Source of the DNA: Squalus acanthias
Lineage: Eukaryota
DNA length: 64,000 nt
NCBI GenBank assembly: GCA_030390025.1
Contig: CM059432.1
Location: 75,208,001-75,272,000 of the forward strand
Direction: 5' to 3'
The notes below the pieces were generated by a model. That model was not told where the DNA came from. It saw only the letters and a program-made list of their open reading frames with translations, and did not search any database. A program made the position numbers and the translations under genes. Shown here piece after piece: positions 51,276 to 64,000 of this stretch (position 1 is the stretch's first letter; each line of letters starts with the position of its first letter).

Positions 51276-53504
51276 GGTAGCATGTTCAGCCATGAACGCA
51301 TTGAATGGCAGTGCAGGCTCGAAGGACCGAATGGTCTACTCCTGTACCTATTTTCTATGTTTCTATGTTTCTATGTTATTAGCAACAGCTATGATACATA
51401 TTAAGTTGGTTTCAATTGCAACACATTCATCTGCTCTGAATGAACCCATTGCAGCTGCAGGGTTGTCGATGTCTTTCCCCCAACTTCTTTAAGAAGTTTG
51501 TGCCCAGTATCTTCATTGCCTTTTCCTCACGATGAATTAGAACACGGATGTCTGCTGGCTCTCGTGCACTGTGAGCAGTTTTATCCTGGGAATAGTATTA
51601 CTTGTGTTTATCATTTCCCTACTCTTCCTTATCCATCTTGATCATCTTTCACCTCTTGAAGTGGAAGATTGGCAGCTATATGAGAATTTTGACATGAAAG
51701 GTGACATATAAGAAGACAGGCATGCATGGATACATGTTAGGGAGGGTGAATTTAGGCGTGTCCAGGTGACAATGAAGGGATAATTACTAGTCCTAGCCCT
51801 TTTCGGGCTACCCCAGATCAGGCGTATTCCCCAGACGTTCACCTTCAACTAAAGTTAGAGATAGCCGAATCCTAGAGACACTTAATTGGGTCTAAAGGTC
51901 CAGGCTATCTCTCCCTAAAGGAAAGGAACGACTTGAAGATGTTACCGTCCTCCAGATAGCACTTTTAATAAGTTTAACTAGACTGTAACCTTCCGGATAT
52001 TATGAGGGTCCGGAAACCCCCCCCCCCCCCCCAGAATTCTGCAACTCCTCACAAAAGAGTGTACAGAAATTGAGAAATACTATGTGAGATAATTCTAAAA
52101 ATATATAGATTTATTAAAGAACCGACATGCAGCTAACAGCTGGTGATTTCATCGCAACTTTAACAGTTCAAAATATAAATAGCTTACATTTCTTATCAGA
52201 GATCCTTATTCTCAAATCTTAACTTCGTTACATTTTTATATTTCTACTTATTCTTAATCCAGAATATCCACCAAAATCAAATAAAAGTACCTTTTGATCC
52301 CCGAGACTCAAAGAGTTAAAAACTTACAGAGCCAAATCTGGGTATGAATGGCTAAACCAGTTGTCCACCATCAAGTCTGTGTCCCTTGGACTTAAGGGAG
52401 CAGAGATGAGGGCCATACCAGGGGGAATTACCATGGTGAGAGAGAGTAATGGTTTTAGTGAGGACGATGTGTGGAAACCAAAGGAGTGTAATTTTATCAT
52501 CCATACCACTCTTACAGAAAAAGGACCTGCTTTCATAGGTGCAGCAGGCCGAAAAATGTTCCTTGGGCTTTGCTGTATCACAAACCTTTTCTGTCAGGGG
52601 GTTCTACAACATAAAATATATTCACTTTTGGCTCCAGATCTAAATACCCAGAATACAAATACAAAATTAACAGACTTCCTATGAGACCAGAGGTTACTAG
52701 AATTTTCCCCCCCAGAGAGTAGTGAATATATGGCATATGCCCTCAGTAAACCAGTTAATGTTGTATCAGTGAACTTCAAAAAAGAGGATGGTTCGGAATG
52801 TATCTTACAAGATTGGAAAAGACTTGCACACCTGTTTCAGACTTAATAAAATGCACCCCCAGACTTATAATTTCCTGTTAAAAGTGCAGGTAAGTTTATC
52901 TAAAAACCAAACGTTGAGGTGCATCCCCTCAAATAAGTAAATAGGGACTGCAACCTCTTGCATACCATGAAAATGTGAAACACAGACTCCTCCAGGAAGC
53001 AAAAGCTGCAATCGGCCTGGGTGTCCATAAAATAACTTAAAAATTTGTGGCACCGCAGTGCTACGTGCAACACTCTCCAAGCCTGACTTTTGGGGTCAGG
53101 GACAATTTTTCTTCAGAATATTAAATAATTGGACCTGGGTACATGATAGGACAGATTATACCTGGTGTTTGGAACGATAAGCTTGCTGAGCTGGATGGCA
53201 GTTTCTTATTCCACATTGTGTTAGTGTTATGTTCTTAAACTGTTGGATTCCAATAACCACTTTTCACCTTGTACTCGACAAAGTAGATGGGTAACCTTCT
53301 CAAAGCTTCTATATATGTTGTAACTTCTTGGTAGGAGAAATATGAAAATAGCTTGGGTGACTCACTATCTAACTTCTTCCTTTCTGTGGGAACCAATAGC
53401 TCCACTATTCAGTGCAGTGGATCATCAATACACTGAGCCTCTTTACTGCCTATAATTTCATTTTGAAATCTGTAACGGATCTATGCAACACCAATAGCTT
53501 TGAT

Positions 53505-54850
53505 AGGAACAGGAGTAGGCCATTCAGCCTCTCTGCCATTCAATGAGATTCTGGCTAATCTGTATCTTAATTCCATCCACCCACTTTGGCTGTATATCCC
53601 TTAAGACCCTTGGCTAACAAAAATCTATCAATCTCCAATTTTAAATTATTAATTGAGCTAGCATCTACTGCTTATTGTAGGATCAAAGAGGTAGGTTTTA
53701 AGGAGAGTCTTAAAGGAAGAAAGAGAGGTAGAGAGGCGGAGAGATTTAGGGAGGGAATTCCAGAGCTTAGGGCCTCAGCAGCTGAAGGCACGGCCACCAA
53801 TGGTTGAGCGATTAAAATCAGGGATGTTCAAGAGGCCAGAAGAGGTACTCCAGATGTAGTCTAACCAGGGCTTTGTATAGCTGTGGTATAGTATAGCTAT
53901 AGGTCCCCATTATATTCTAGCCCTCTAGATATAAAGGCCAACATTCGATTAGCATTTTTGATTACATTTTGTACCTGACCACTACATTCAAAGTGATCTG
54001 TGCGCATGGACCCCTAAATCTCTTTGGATCTCTATTGTTCCTAGCTTTTCACCATTTAAAACGTACTCAGATCTATTGGGGCTGAAATTGCGGTCTCCGT
54101 GATGGCGTACTCTCAGAGTACGCCATTGTAATCCATTTGAAAGGCCTTGGAAGTTCCGGATTTCCGCATGTGCTTGCGCATGCACGATATCCGGAACTTG
54201 TGATCTGTCAAGGTACGCCTTGACAGATCATCTGAACCGCATGGAAACTCAGTATTGCTGGCGCAGAATTGGGCTATTTGCCCAACAACTGCCCAGCAAT
54301 TGCCCATGCAACGCTTACAGCTGGTAAAAGCAGGCGTATATAAGGCTTAAATAAAATATAAAACAAAATAATGCACATACACTTCAAATGAGTTTATGCA
54401 AATATTGGCCTGGATTAAGATGTTTAAAATTATTTATCAAAAATTTAATTTTTATTGAGGTTGGTGCAATGAAGGGACTTATGAATAAAATTTTAATTCA
54501 GTACATTTATAATTATTAGAATTCTGTAAATTGTATAATTATTTGGGGATTCCATTGCATATGATTTGGGGATTCCCTTCGTAAATGATTGCAATGGAAT
54601 CCTCCTTTATGATTGGAGGACCGGGCCCAAGTGATTCCAGGGACGCTTCTGAACTGCCTGCGTCCCTGGGAAACATGGGCCTTTATGCTGCCATCCACCT
54701 GGAGGCCCGAGACCGCAACTCTACGCAGCCTGGGCGCCTAGAGGTAGGTTCATAAATGTTTCGCAGGTTGGAGGTGTACTCCAGAGGTACGTCACCGACC
54801 GCAATTTCTAACCCATTATTTTTTGATCCAAAATGGATGACTTCACACTA
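53505..54850 (-). mobile_element. CR1 fragments with embedded L2 piece (53680-53840) and MITE
   Basis: CR1 tail aggaacaggagtaggccattcagcc; LNGEKLGTIEIQRDLGV; L2 piece matches 61810-61960. Confidence 0.75.
54078..54814. mobile_element. Harbinger-type MITE
   Basis: TIR GGGGCTGAAATTGCGGTC / GACCGCAATTTCTAACCC; 3-bp TSD ATT. Confidence 0.8.
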
Positions 54851-54944
54851 ATTAAATTCTCAAACTGCTGGGATTTGAACTCACATTCTCTGGATTAATA
54901 GGCCAAGCTTCTAGATTAGTCCAGTAACATAACCACTACACATA

Positions 54945-55340
54945 GGGTACGGTAGCATAGTGGTTATGTTACTGGACTAGTAATCCTAGAGGCCTGGACT
55001 AATGATCCAGAGATGTGAGTTCATAATCCCACCACAGCAGCTGGGGAATTTAAATTCAGTTAATTATTTTTTTTTTTTAAATCTGGAATAAAAAGCTAGT
55101 AACCATGAAACTACCAGATTGTCATAAAAACACATCTGGTTCACTAATGTCCATTAGGGAAGGAAATCTGCCATCCTTACCTGGTCTGGCCTATATGTGA
55201 CTCTGGACCCACAGCAATGTGGTTGACTCTTAACAGCCCTCTGAAATGGCGGCTCACCACCACCTTCTCAAGGGCAATTAGGGATGGGCAATAAATGCTG
55301 GCCTTGCTGGCGATGCCCACATCCCATGAACAAATATAAA
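54945..55340 (+). mobile_element. tRNA-derived SINE with LINE-family-B tail
   Basis: A-box tagcatagtgg, B-box-like gagttcataatcc, tail shared with LINE B. Confidence 0.82.
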
Positions 55341-57781
55341 AACTACCTTATCCCCATCCTCAGCACAGATTTACTTTGATGTCTATTCACACACATACAC
55401 TAAGATAATCAGATGTCTAATTACACATTAAGTACTAAAATATTTTAATCAATATACATGATTTTCAGCAGGTATTTGGATATCTATTAAAGTGTGCCGA
55501 TTACCATTGCTAAAGAGAACATGTAAAATGTGGCAGACATGTATGTATAGGACATCACAGAAGGAGTCTTACATTAATAATATGAGTGGAAGTTCCATAA
55601 CTGGGCATTCATGGGATATAAATTACCTTTTGCTAAATTTAAGGAACATTATTAAACCTGTTTCAATTTATATTACAGGTGTTTCTTTTCAGTTTTCCAT
55701 TTATGAATGCCTTTCAGGAATCAGGCTTGATAGGTGATGACTTATTTCATTAATTATTGATTTCAATTTTACTGCAAAATTATCCCATTATTGGATTATC
55801 ATTCCCTTTTAAATATAAAAAGAGTTACTGAAGATATTTGTGGGTTTATTTCAATTGTGATAATATTAAAATAAATTACACAGTTTAATGCGTAAAATTG
55901 AGCAATTCTTGTAGGCTGTAATATAAGCCAATCATTAGTGTACAACCCTGGTGAAAAAGCAAGGATCCTTCACTGTATTAGAACATTCTGAAATGCTGGC
56001 TATTATTACAAGTAAATAACTAAAATATTGGCACCTTGTTCCTTTATTAAAGATATAGTTACAAATGTTTCTAATATTGGACAATATTGTAGTGGGTGTT
56101 AGGTCTGTTATTTTCTGCATTGCAACTATTGAACCTCTGGGGATTAGTGAGAATTAAGACGTGGTACAATATCTGTGTATAATCGAAATGACCTATTTGT
56201 CTATTGGAGATAATTGTGCTGAAATGTGCATAGATTCTGAGTGACACAAGCAATTTATTTTGAACATAGAGGCTGATTGAAATGAAATGCTGCTTCCTAA
56301 CTATAATTAGAGTGTCTGCTTGCTGTTGCAGTTGTGCACCATTTCAGCATCTCAGTACTGAGTAATAGAAGCATCATACTACATGATGGATGAGAGCCAA
56401 TTCTATTTAACCATTGTCATTCTCTAATTTATTGCATTCATTTGAAATTGGACATAATTGTTGTTATCATTATAATTTTGCACATTTAATCCTTTAGATG
56501 GTTAACTATTAGACATTTTACTTGTATGAAAATTGTGCTTATGTTTGGTTGCCAAACGGCACCCTGTAACAATGTGCTGGCATACCGATGATTGAATTAA
56601 GAAGCATGCAAGGTTCAGTTACATGCCCATGATTGGATACTCTGCAAATTACTAATCTCAGTCAGGCCACTGGGGAATGAAGGTAATAAGAGGCTTTCTT
56701 ACAGAGAGAGAGCCAAAATTGGAGGACAAGTCGAGCCACACTTCTGTCAAGTATTTTGTGGGGTGGGGGTGGGGGGGGGAGGAATGTTCATTATTTGTTC
56801 ACACTTATGATTTTGCTATAAGTACTGAACAGAGAAAACTTACCCTGCAGTCGATAACAAGTCAATGATAGTGGCTGCCTGTAAGTGGAACATCTAGCAG
56901 CCATCTCAGCTGAAGAATAGTGTATGATGTGGGGGAACTTAAAGGGGAACATAACTTAAAAAATCGGGAAATTAAAAAACAGACATTTTCTATAATACAC
57001 TACCTCTGTGCAATTTATGACAAATACATTATGCAGTTGAATTAAGGAAATGCAAGAAACTATACACATCTTTTAAGCCACAACCTTCTTTGACTAAACT
57101 AAGAATTGGAATTATTTCATGATGTGGTACCAACAAACTTTTTTTATTCTCAGGAGGTGACTCAACTGCTTCTTCTAAAAAAAACCTGTTTCAGAGCAAA
57201 TAATTTGGCACTTAGTCGAATAAAAGGCAAATCCTCTGTGTAGCAGCTCTTTGCTGAGTATCAGAAGATTAAAGGATCTTTCTTCATTCCAATATCATGA
57301 CCAAACCAGCCACTTTTGTTTTTACCCAGCATCCTGAGAAAGTTCAGAGGCATTATCTGCCTTGTAGTGTAGTTCAGTGCCTCCACTCAGTTTCTGGGAT
57401 TAGTCTCACAACAGTGCTACAAGAATTTAATCACTCAATGGTCGTTCTGAGAAGAATGGCAATGATCTAAATGTACTTGATCTGGTATTTTGGTGTTTAA
57501 CTGACCCTAACCAATTAGCATTACTTTTGTCTTGTGCACTACCAAAAGTATGCTCCATCCGCAGAAGCTGTTGATCATAATTAACTAGAAAATCTTTGTG
57601 TAATTCTCAGGAAATTCACACAACATTGTTAGAAGCTGATATCTGCAGTACATCAATGCATTGGAAACTGAGACCGTGAAATTACGCTGTGTGAAAATGG
57701 GTGTACAAAAGCTTAGCGCATTCATAGGCACTTTCTTTGTCTACTACTTGAATTGACAAAGGATTTTCATATGAACCCACT

Positions 57782-58531
57782 GGCCCAGAACTTGCAGTCC
57801 CGATGACGGCAATCTGGGAGCGTTCGCCATCATTTTGCCTTTGAAATGGACGGCAACTTCAGGATTTTGCACACACACAGTCTAACGCGGAAATCCTGAA
57901 GTTGCGGTCTGTCATTCACTGCTCCTCCACAGGCTGCGCTTTGGACCCCACTGCCCCCCCAAGAGCCGGCAATCAGTGAAATCACTGATCTGATGAAAAC
58001 TTCCCCTTTTCTGAACAAATATCGCTGTTAGAAACCCCATAAAAAGTTGACCCATTGAAATGACGTGTAACTGGGTTTTTAACGGCGATCATGAAAAACT
58101 AATTTTGATGTCAGTGAAATGTCACATTTCTCCATTAAGTTAAATACTATTAGATTTTAAAATTAACAAAAAAAAGTTAATTTTTTTTTGAAAGTTTGTT
58201 CATGATATTTCAGCTTCTACCTTAACCCAATGTGTATGTAAAAAAATATTTATTTTGCTCTCTGTAAATTTTCTAAAAACTGATTGATTATTAGTGAATT
58301 CTATTTCCTGGTTCCCTGTCTGAGAATTCTACAATGTGATTGGCTGCTTAGACTGCTTGTTGACGTCACAGCAGGTTGCACCATGGGATTCCCACTAAAC
58401 TACGTTGATTTCAGCTGCACATCTGAAATGGCGAACTTCTCACCACAGAGATCACGAGATCTTTGTGGGAAGCTTACTTCGGGGCCAGCGGCGAATGCCT
58501 TTACTTTGCTGCTGACCGCAAATTACGAGCC
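57782..58531. mobile_element. Harbinger-type MITE
   Basis: Imperfect TIR GGCCCAGAACTTGCAGTC / GACCGCAAATTACGAGCC. Confidence 0.65.
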
Positions 58532-59002
58532 ATTAAATGCTAATCACCAGTGAATAGTACCGTAACACATTTTACAGGACTTTTTATTCATGTCTACTTT
58601 TTTTCAAAAATGAATTGAAAAAAACATGTCACCCAAGGAAACAGGCAACCTTGGCGCAAATAAATTATGTGGCTTAAAAGATCACGGTATTTCGTATGTA
58701 AGTGAGTTATGCACAAAAATACAACTCCCCCCAACCAAGTATCTTTGATTTTACAACCGTCCATTAAACCCTGCTAATGAACGAGTCTCCGCTCACAAAA
58801 TTAGCCATGCCACCAGCTCTGAAATGCGAGTATCGTCTAATTGCGGTCTCTTATTATTGCATTAAGATTTTCAGCTGCACAGGCACCCATGGTCACTTGA
58901 AGGAAGTGCAGACCAGCTGACCAGGAGAGAATTGAAGCCACCATCATCTCTTGCTGCTGCATGAATCCATTATACAGGCTGTTCTTGAGTAAATAAAGGA
59001 AG

Positions 59003-59350
59003 ATGGCTCATTTTATTGCTGTACCCCTACTTTTTGTAATGTTGGAGGAAGAGGAAGAAGATGGAGAGAATCAGAGATGGGCGGCCAAAAGGAGGAAGCA
59101 CCACAGGAGGAGACTGCACCCCATTTGCAGGTACCCTGCCCAGAGAGTGTACTGGCCTCAACTGACATTCCAGGAGATGTCTGAAGAGCTGACTGTGCGA
59201 TGTTTGTGCTTCACAAAAGATGCCATTGGATGACAATGCGACTTTCTCCGAGATGACTTTAAGCCTCGATCCACGTGCTACAGAAACCTCACAATGGAAA
59301 TAAAGGTGACCACGGCCCTCAATTTTATGGGTTTGGATCCTTCCATGCAT
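59003..59350 (+). mobile_element. Harbinger transposase N-terminal fragment
   Basis: RRR..YP..RVY..F.EMSEE...L.F.KD followed by KVTTALNF..GSF. Confidence 0.7.
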
Positions 59351-59491
59351 CCACAAAAATAGACTAGCACTAGTAATTTGGTAGAAAAGACATCTCTTGT
59401 GTGGTAATTTACATTCTGCACTCTGCTGACATTTATGTACAAGTAGAATGGCTAGACATCTTAATCTATTTCAGCCACTACCAAGAAGTAA

Positions 59492-62400
59492 TTAAAATCT
59501 GTTGACAAAAAAGATTGCTAGGTATTTTGTGAAAACTGCCTGCAGGAGGAAAGAAACAAGAAGATTTGTTCTACTGTGATAGTGAAATTACAGAAACAAA
59601 TTAGTGCTGGAACTAGATATTGGGTGCTTTCAAAGTAAGTTGCTTGGCCCCTTGTGGGTTTCCTTTGCTATCTTTTTAAAAAAAAAATATTCATTCACAG
59701 AATGTGGGCATTGCTGGCAAGGCCAGCATTTTTTGCCCATCCCTAGTTGCCTTTGAGAAGGTGGTGGTGAGCTGCCTTCTTGAACTGCTGCAGTCTGTGG
59801 GGTGAAGGTACTCCCACAGTGCTGTTAGGTAGGGAGGTCCAGTGACGATGAAGGAACAGCGATATATTTCCAATTCAGGATGGTGTGCGACTTGGAGGGG
59901 AACTTGGAGGTGGTGGTGTTCCCATTCACCTGCTGCCCTTGTCCTTCTAGGTGGTAGAGGTCGCGGGTTTGGGAGGTGCTGCCGAAGAAGCCTTGGTGAG
60001 TTGCTGCAGTGCATCTTGTAGATGGTACACACTGCAGCCACGGTACGCTGGTGGTGGAGGGAGTGAATGTTTAAGGTGGTGGATGGGGTGCCAATCAAAC
60101 GGGATGCTTTGTCCTGGATGGTGTTGAACTTCTTGAGTGTTGTTGGAGCTGCACTCATCCAGGCAAGTGGAGAGTATTCCATCACACTCGTGACTTGTGT
60201 CTTCTAGGTGGTGAAAAGGCTTTGGGGTCAGAGGTTAGTCACTCACTGCGGAACACCCAGCCTCTGACCTGCTCTTGTAGCCACAGTTTCTATGTGGCTG
60301 GTCCAGTTAAGTGTGTTAGGCAAACCATTGGGAGCCATCTTAGAAAACTGTATTCATTGTGTAACTGGATCTTAATAAATTAAAGTTTGATGGTTTTAGG
60401 AAAGCCAGATCATGCCTGACTAAGCTATTGAATTTTTTGAGGATATCATAGCTACTGCAGGAAAGAAAGATGCAGCTAATGTTGTCTCTTTAGACTTCAA
60501 AAAAACACTTGATAAGATCCCTTACACAAACTAGCCAGATACCCAGGGGCATATAGTAATGGAGGAAGTGCAGCAAAGTACATTAGAAAGTGGTTAGAAA
60601 ATAGAAAGGAAAGAAATGCTATAAATGGGAAATTTACTGCGTTGTGTAAAGTGACGACCAGAGTTCCGAAGGAATCAGTCTAGGGCAACTGCTCTTTCTC
60701 ATTTTCATGAATGACCTTGAAAAAGGAATAGCTGGCAGGCTATTTAAATTTACAGGTATCAAAATTTGTATGGAAAGAGACAATTGTCATTCAGAGGAAT
60801 TCAGAAGCTTATTATTTATACAGCAGAGTCACAGGTATCCTTTAATGTTGATGAAAATTTGATCCAATAGCTGTGAACTGATTTTTGGGGGAGAGAAGGA
60901 AGGAATGTAGCATCTACCACATTTATGTAGAAATTACACTAAACAACTTGGTTAACACTTTCATGTAAAATTCTTGTGTGCATGTATCACATTTCAAGAT
61001 TTTTTTTAAAATCAGGCTTTCCGCTTCTTTCTTGAACAGCAGTCCAACCAGTCCCCATCTACAACCACCCTCCTCCACCTGGCTGAACTTGTTCTCATCT
61101 TGAACTTCTGCTTTAACTCCATTGCTTTGTCCAGATAAAAAGTATCACTATGGGAATTTGCATGGGTGCTAGCTACACCTGCCTTTTGTAGGGTCTGTTG
61201 AATATTCTTTTTAAAGTTCTACTCGGGTCTCCTCCCTGATCTCTTTTCTGCTGCATTGATGACTGCACTGGTGCTGCTTCCTGCACTCGCCTTGATCTAA
61301 AGAATTTTATTAACTCTGCTCTTGGCAGAAGCTGAGGCTGTCAATGAAATGTTTTAATGAACAACAACTTGCATTCATATAACACCTTTAATGTAGAAAA
61401 ACTTCCGCAGGAAAATGACAGAGGCTTCAATGGAGGCGATAAAAACAGATGCTGAATCAAAGGAGATATTAGATATTTGAGGTGCGTTGACCAGGAGTGA
61501 CTCCTCCTGGAAAATGCACTTGTTGGGGGAAAAACAGAATTGGGCACTGCTGTGATGCCCTCCACATAGCTATACTTGCTAACACTCATGTTTTAGGCTC
61601 ATACGATGAAGAATGGCACAGAAGGTTGCTGGTGTCAGTTGAACCAGACCCTTGAATGAAAAGAGGGGAGAAAACAATAACAACAACTTGCATTTATATT
61701 GCACCTTTAACGTAGTAAAATGTCCAAAGGTGCTTCACAGGACCGTTATCAAACAAAATTTGACACGGAGCCACATAAGGAGATATTAGGGCAGATGACC
61801 AAAAGTTTAGTCAAAGAGGTAGGTTTTAAGGAGCGTCTTACAGGAGGAGAGAGAGGTAGAGAGGTGGAGAGGTTTAGGGAGGGAATTCCAGAGCTTAGGG
61901 CCTCGGCAGCTGAAAGCACAGGCACCAATGGTGGAATGATTAAAAGGCCAGAATTGGAGGAGTGCAGAGATCTCAGCAGCTTATAGGGCTAGGGGAGGTT
62001 ACAGAGATGGGGGGGGAGGTGGTGAGGCCATGGAGAGATTTGAAAACAAGGATGAGAATTTTAAAATTGAGGCGTTGCTTAACCGGGAGCCAATGTAGGC
62101 CAGCGAGCACTTGGGTGATGGGTGAACGGAACTTGGTGCAAGTTAGGATACGGGCAGTAGAGTTTTGGATGACTTTAAGTTTATGGAGGTTTGAAGATGG
62201 GAGTCCGGCCAGGTGTGCGTTGGAATAGTCAAGTCCAGAAGGGAAGAAACTGGTAAAATATTTACCCTGTTAAAAGAAGAGACTGGGAACCTGGATCGCA
62301 CAGTGGTTAGAAAACTGTCCTCTTGCCTCTGGAACCTGGTTTTTGTCAGCTCAGGCTGGATCAGCAAAGGGAGTCCTTCTGACATTGGGGTTATGACACA

Positions 62401-62747
62401 CTTCTGGGACCTTGAGCACAGTGTCATCATTAAGCTGGCTGTGAATGTGCTAAATATGGAAATGTAAACCATTCCACAGCACTGACTTCTGTTACCTTGA
62501 TAAGCAGAACTACCAAACCCCCCACCACCCAGCCAAAAGTAAACATTGGCTAGTGTCAACTGGTGTATCCTCCAATATTAGAATCCCTTACACATTGAGT
62601 TGTGCTGTAGCCATCAATCTCCAATCAGTAGTTACAGTATCACTCACATCCGGCAGTTTATACTGCCTGGCTGCAATTCGGATTCAGAACCAGGAGAGAG
62701 CTCTACACATAATTGCTTACAATGCAAAAGTGGCTGTAAAACTGTAC
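59492..62747 (-). CDS. Candidate last three coding exons of an unnamed gene: 62747-62648, 62449-62266, 59539-59492
   Basis: AG/GT boundaries (GAT|gtgagt, AGG|gtaaat, tttcctcctgcag|GCA) with compatible phases 1-2, 2-0, 0-stop giving ~110 aa ending ..FPVSSFNRAVFTKYLAIFFVNRF*. Confidence 0.45.
59680..60312 (-). mobile_element. LINE family B 3' fragment
   Basis: MEYSPLAWMSAAPTTLKK..; shared tail. Confidence 0.9.
60390..60850 (+). mobile_element. Degenerate CR1 RT fragment
   Basis: RSCLTKLLNF..LDFKKTLDKIP..VPKESV. Confidence 0.7.
61010..61320 (+). mobile_element. Penelope RT fragment
   Basis: Aligns with 35360-35670 of the Penelope element. Confidence 0.8.
61677..62240 (-). mobile_element. L2 LINE 3' fragment
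   Basis: aacaacaacttgcatttatat tail and gggagggaattccagag (LWNSLP on minus). Confidence 0.8.
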
Positions 62748-63071
62748 CTTTCAATAAACAATTATTTTATGTCTGTGAAGCACATTTATGACACAGACCA
62801 TTTTTCAAAATACACCATACGAGCTGAGTGGAAGGATTTGTTTGCAATTATCTGTGCTCAAATATCTGTCTTCATTTTGGTATTTGGTATTTCTGGGCGG
62901 TGAACCAGGCAGGAATATGTTGTTCAATTCAATACTCAATAAATTAGGATCCCTTGTTATTTAGGGTATAATTAATCACGCTGTAGGCAGGCTGCATGAA
63001 AGAAAGTCTAACTGTGCACTGGAGACCTGGAGGGGAAGTTTATTTACCATGTCTAGATTAAAATTGCTTAC

Positions 63072-63127
63072 TGCGTTGTCCGGCATCCTTTCTTAAAAGG
63101 CGACCGTGAAGTTAGCCCCACAAGCTG
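63072..63127 (-). other. Candidate 56-nt exon with NAGNAG acceptor
   Basis: ctgac + polypyrimidine + aag|cag|; donor GCA|gtaagc; open frame QLVGLTSRSPFKKGCRTT. Confidence 0.4.
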
Positions 63128-63584
63128 CTTTCCGGTAACACAAAACAGAGAGAAAGGTCAGGTTAACATTTTTCTTCAGAACTGAAAAATAAACAAGCGG
63201 TCACGATTTGGGATTTTTTAAACCCTTTTCCCACAGAAAGGACTTAGAAATGAGTTACATTAAAAGTGCTATGTTTTAAACTGAAGTGGATTCACAAAGG
63301 TTTAAAATTCTCTTTACAGCCATATGCTGTAGCCGCTGAGACAAAGAGGAGTTTATTTGTTAATGAGCCACGTATTGAAGATGTGTATTAAAGCTGGACG
63401 GACTGGTTTATGGAATGTCACTTCTCACTCTGAGTCGGGACAATACGATTCATCTCAGATTTATTAAGTCAGAATGGACCTATTCATTTTGAGAATAACA
63501 GGAGATGGTTTCTAAGGACCCACAACCCAAGGTTGGGGGAAGCAGGCACCAGTTCTATCAACAAATTCTGTTCTGTTACATCTC

Positions 63585-63722
63585 TACTTTTTTCCAGTTC
63601 TGATGGAAGGTCATTGTCCTGAAATGTTAACTTTGTTTCTCTCTCCACAGATGCTGCCTAAGTATTTCCAGCATTTTCTGTTTTTATTTCAGATTTCCAG
63701 CATACGCAGTATTTTGCTTTTG
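63585..63722 (+). mobile_element. Penelope pLTR fragment with decayed hammerhead
   Basis: cagtt-ctgatgg-aaggtcattgtcct-gaaatgtt-aact..gatgctgcc. Confidence 0.75.
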
Positions 63723-64000
63723 TAACAGTATCAGAAATGTTCCTCTAGAGGGCGATGATGAATTGCTGCTTTGAATAAGCAGTTTTTCCCGAGTTGAGTG
63801 ATTTCCAGCACAACAAAGTTTGACATTTACAATGGTTTGAAATAATCTCAATGCGATGCCCCAACTTTTCTTTTCCATTTTCTAGTCTGGCTATAACTTT
63901 TTGAAAGGATTCATCACATTGTTTAGCAATGCAAACCAACATCTTCTTCAAGGTTTTAAATTCATGTTAACATTCTGACACAACTGGCACAAAATAATTG

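Larger units (their letters stand above)
46801..51375 (+). mobile_element. Full-length CR1 LINE
   Basis: 5'UTR with tandem monomers, ORF1, ORF2, (tttctatg)n tail. Confidence 0.95.
46125..53070 (-). mobile_element. Putative heavily deleted endogenous retrovirus (LTR-like, PBS-like, protease and env remnants) split by CR1
   Basis: ILGTNFLKKLG protease-like motif ~51480-51515; NIT..W..WL..KR(K)..GDTGTS env-like remnant ~46200-46430; tRNA-Pro-PBS-like TGGGGG..TCCGG ~52008-52033. Confidence 0.45.

Noticed and set aside
52361..52684. 107-aa ORF
   Set aside because: Non-ATG start, no recognisable motif, lies in putative LTR
55400..57700. Isolated splice-like signals (e.g. 56844 minus donor, 57144 and 57330 plus acceptors)
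   Set aside because: No consistent exon chain or open frame could be assembled
63300..63955. Plus-strand acceptors near 63319 and 63884
   Set aside because: Weak donors, short frames, no corroboration
1..64000. CRISPR arrays, rRNA, true tRNA genes, prokaryotic operons
   Set aside because: None seen; tRNA-like boxes all belong to SINE heads and the sequence is eukaryotic

Overview
Repeat-rich vertebrate genomic DNA. The repeat families (CR1 with esterase ORF1, L2, RTE, Penelope, DeuSINE-type SINEs, Harbinger) suggest a cartilaginous fish; this is inference from recall, not a search. Host content: a CpG-island/CCAAT promoter at ~19.0-19.6 kb drives a minus-strand gene (exon 1 ends at 19201, 14.5-kb intron, candidate exon 2 at 4672-4737). 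It may also drive a divergent plus-strand transcript. A chain of candidate minus-strand exons lies at 59.5-63.1 kb. I could not name either gene. The interval 19.7-55.3 kb is nested mobile DNA: a full-length two-ORF CR1 (46.8-51.4 kb) apparently inside a decayed ERV, a Penelope element (RT+GIY-YIG) with a minimal hammerhead ribozyme, several Harbinger elements that kept Myb/SANT but lost most of the transposase, MITEs and LINE fragments. Most notable: (1) a symmetric 66-nt exon with an in-frame TAG-ATG that could toggle exon 1 between N-terminus and uORF; (2) tiny TSD-flanked fold-back/hammerhead Penelope derivatives; (3) tandem splice-cassette monomers in the CR1 5'UTR; (4) a twin-primed RTE insertion. 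Boundaries of degenerate repeats are approximate.
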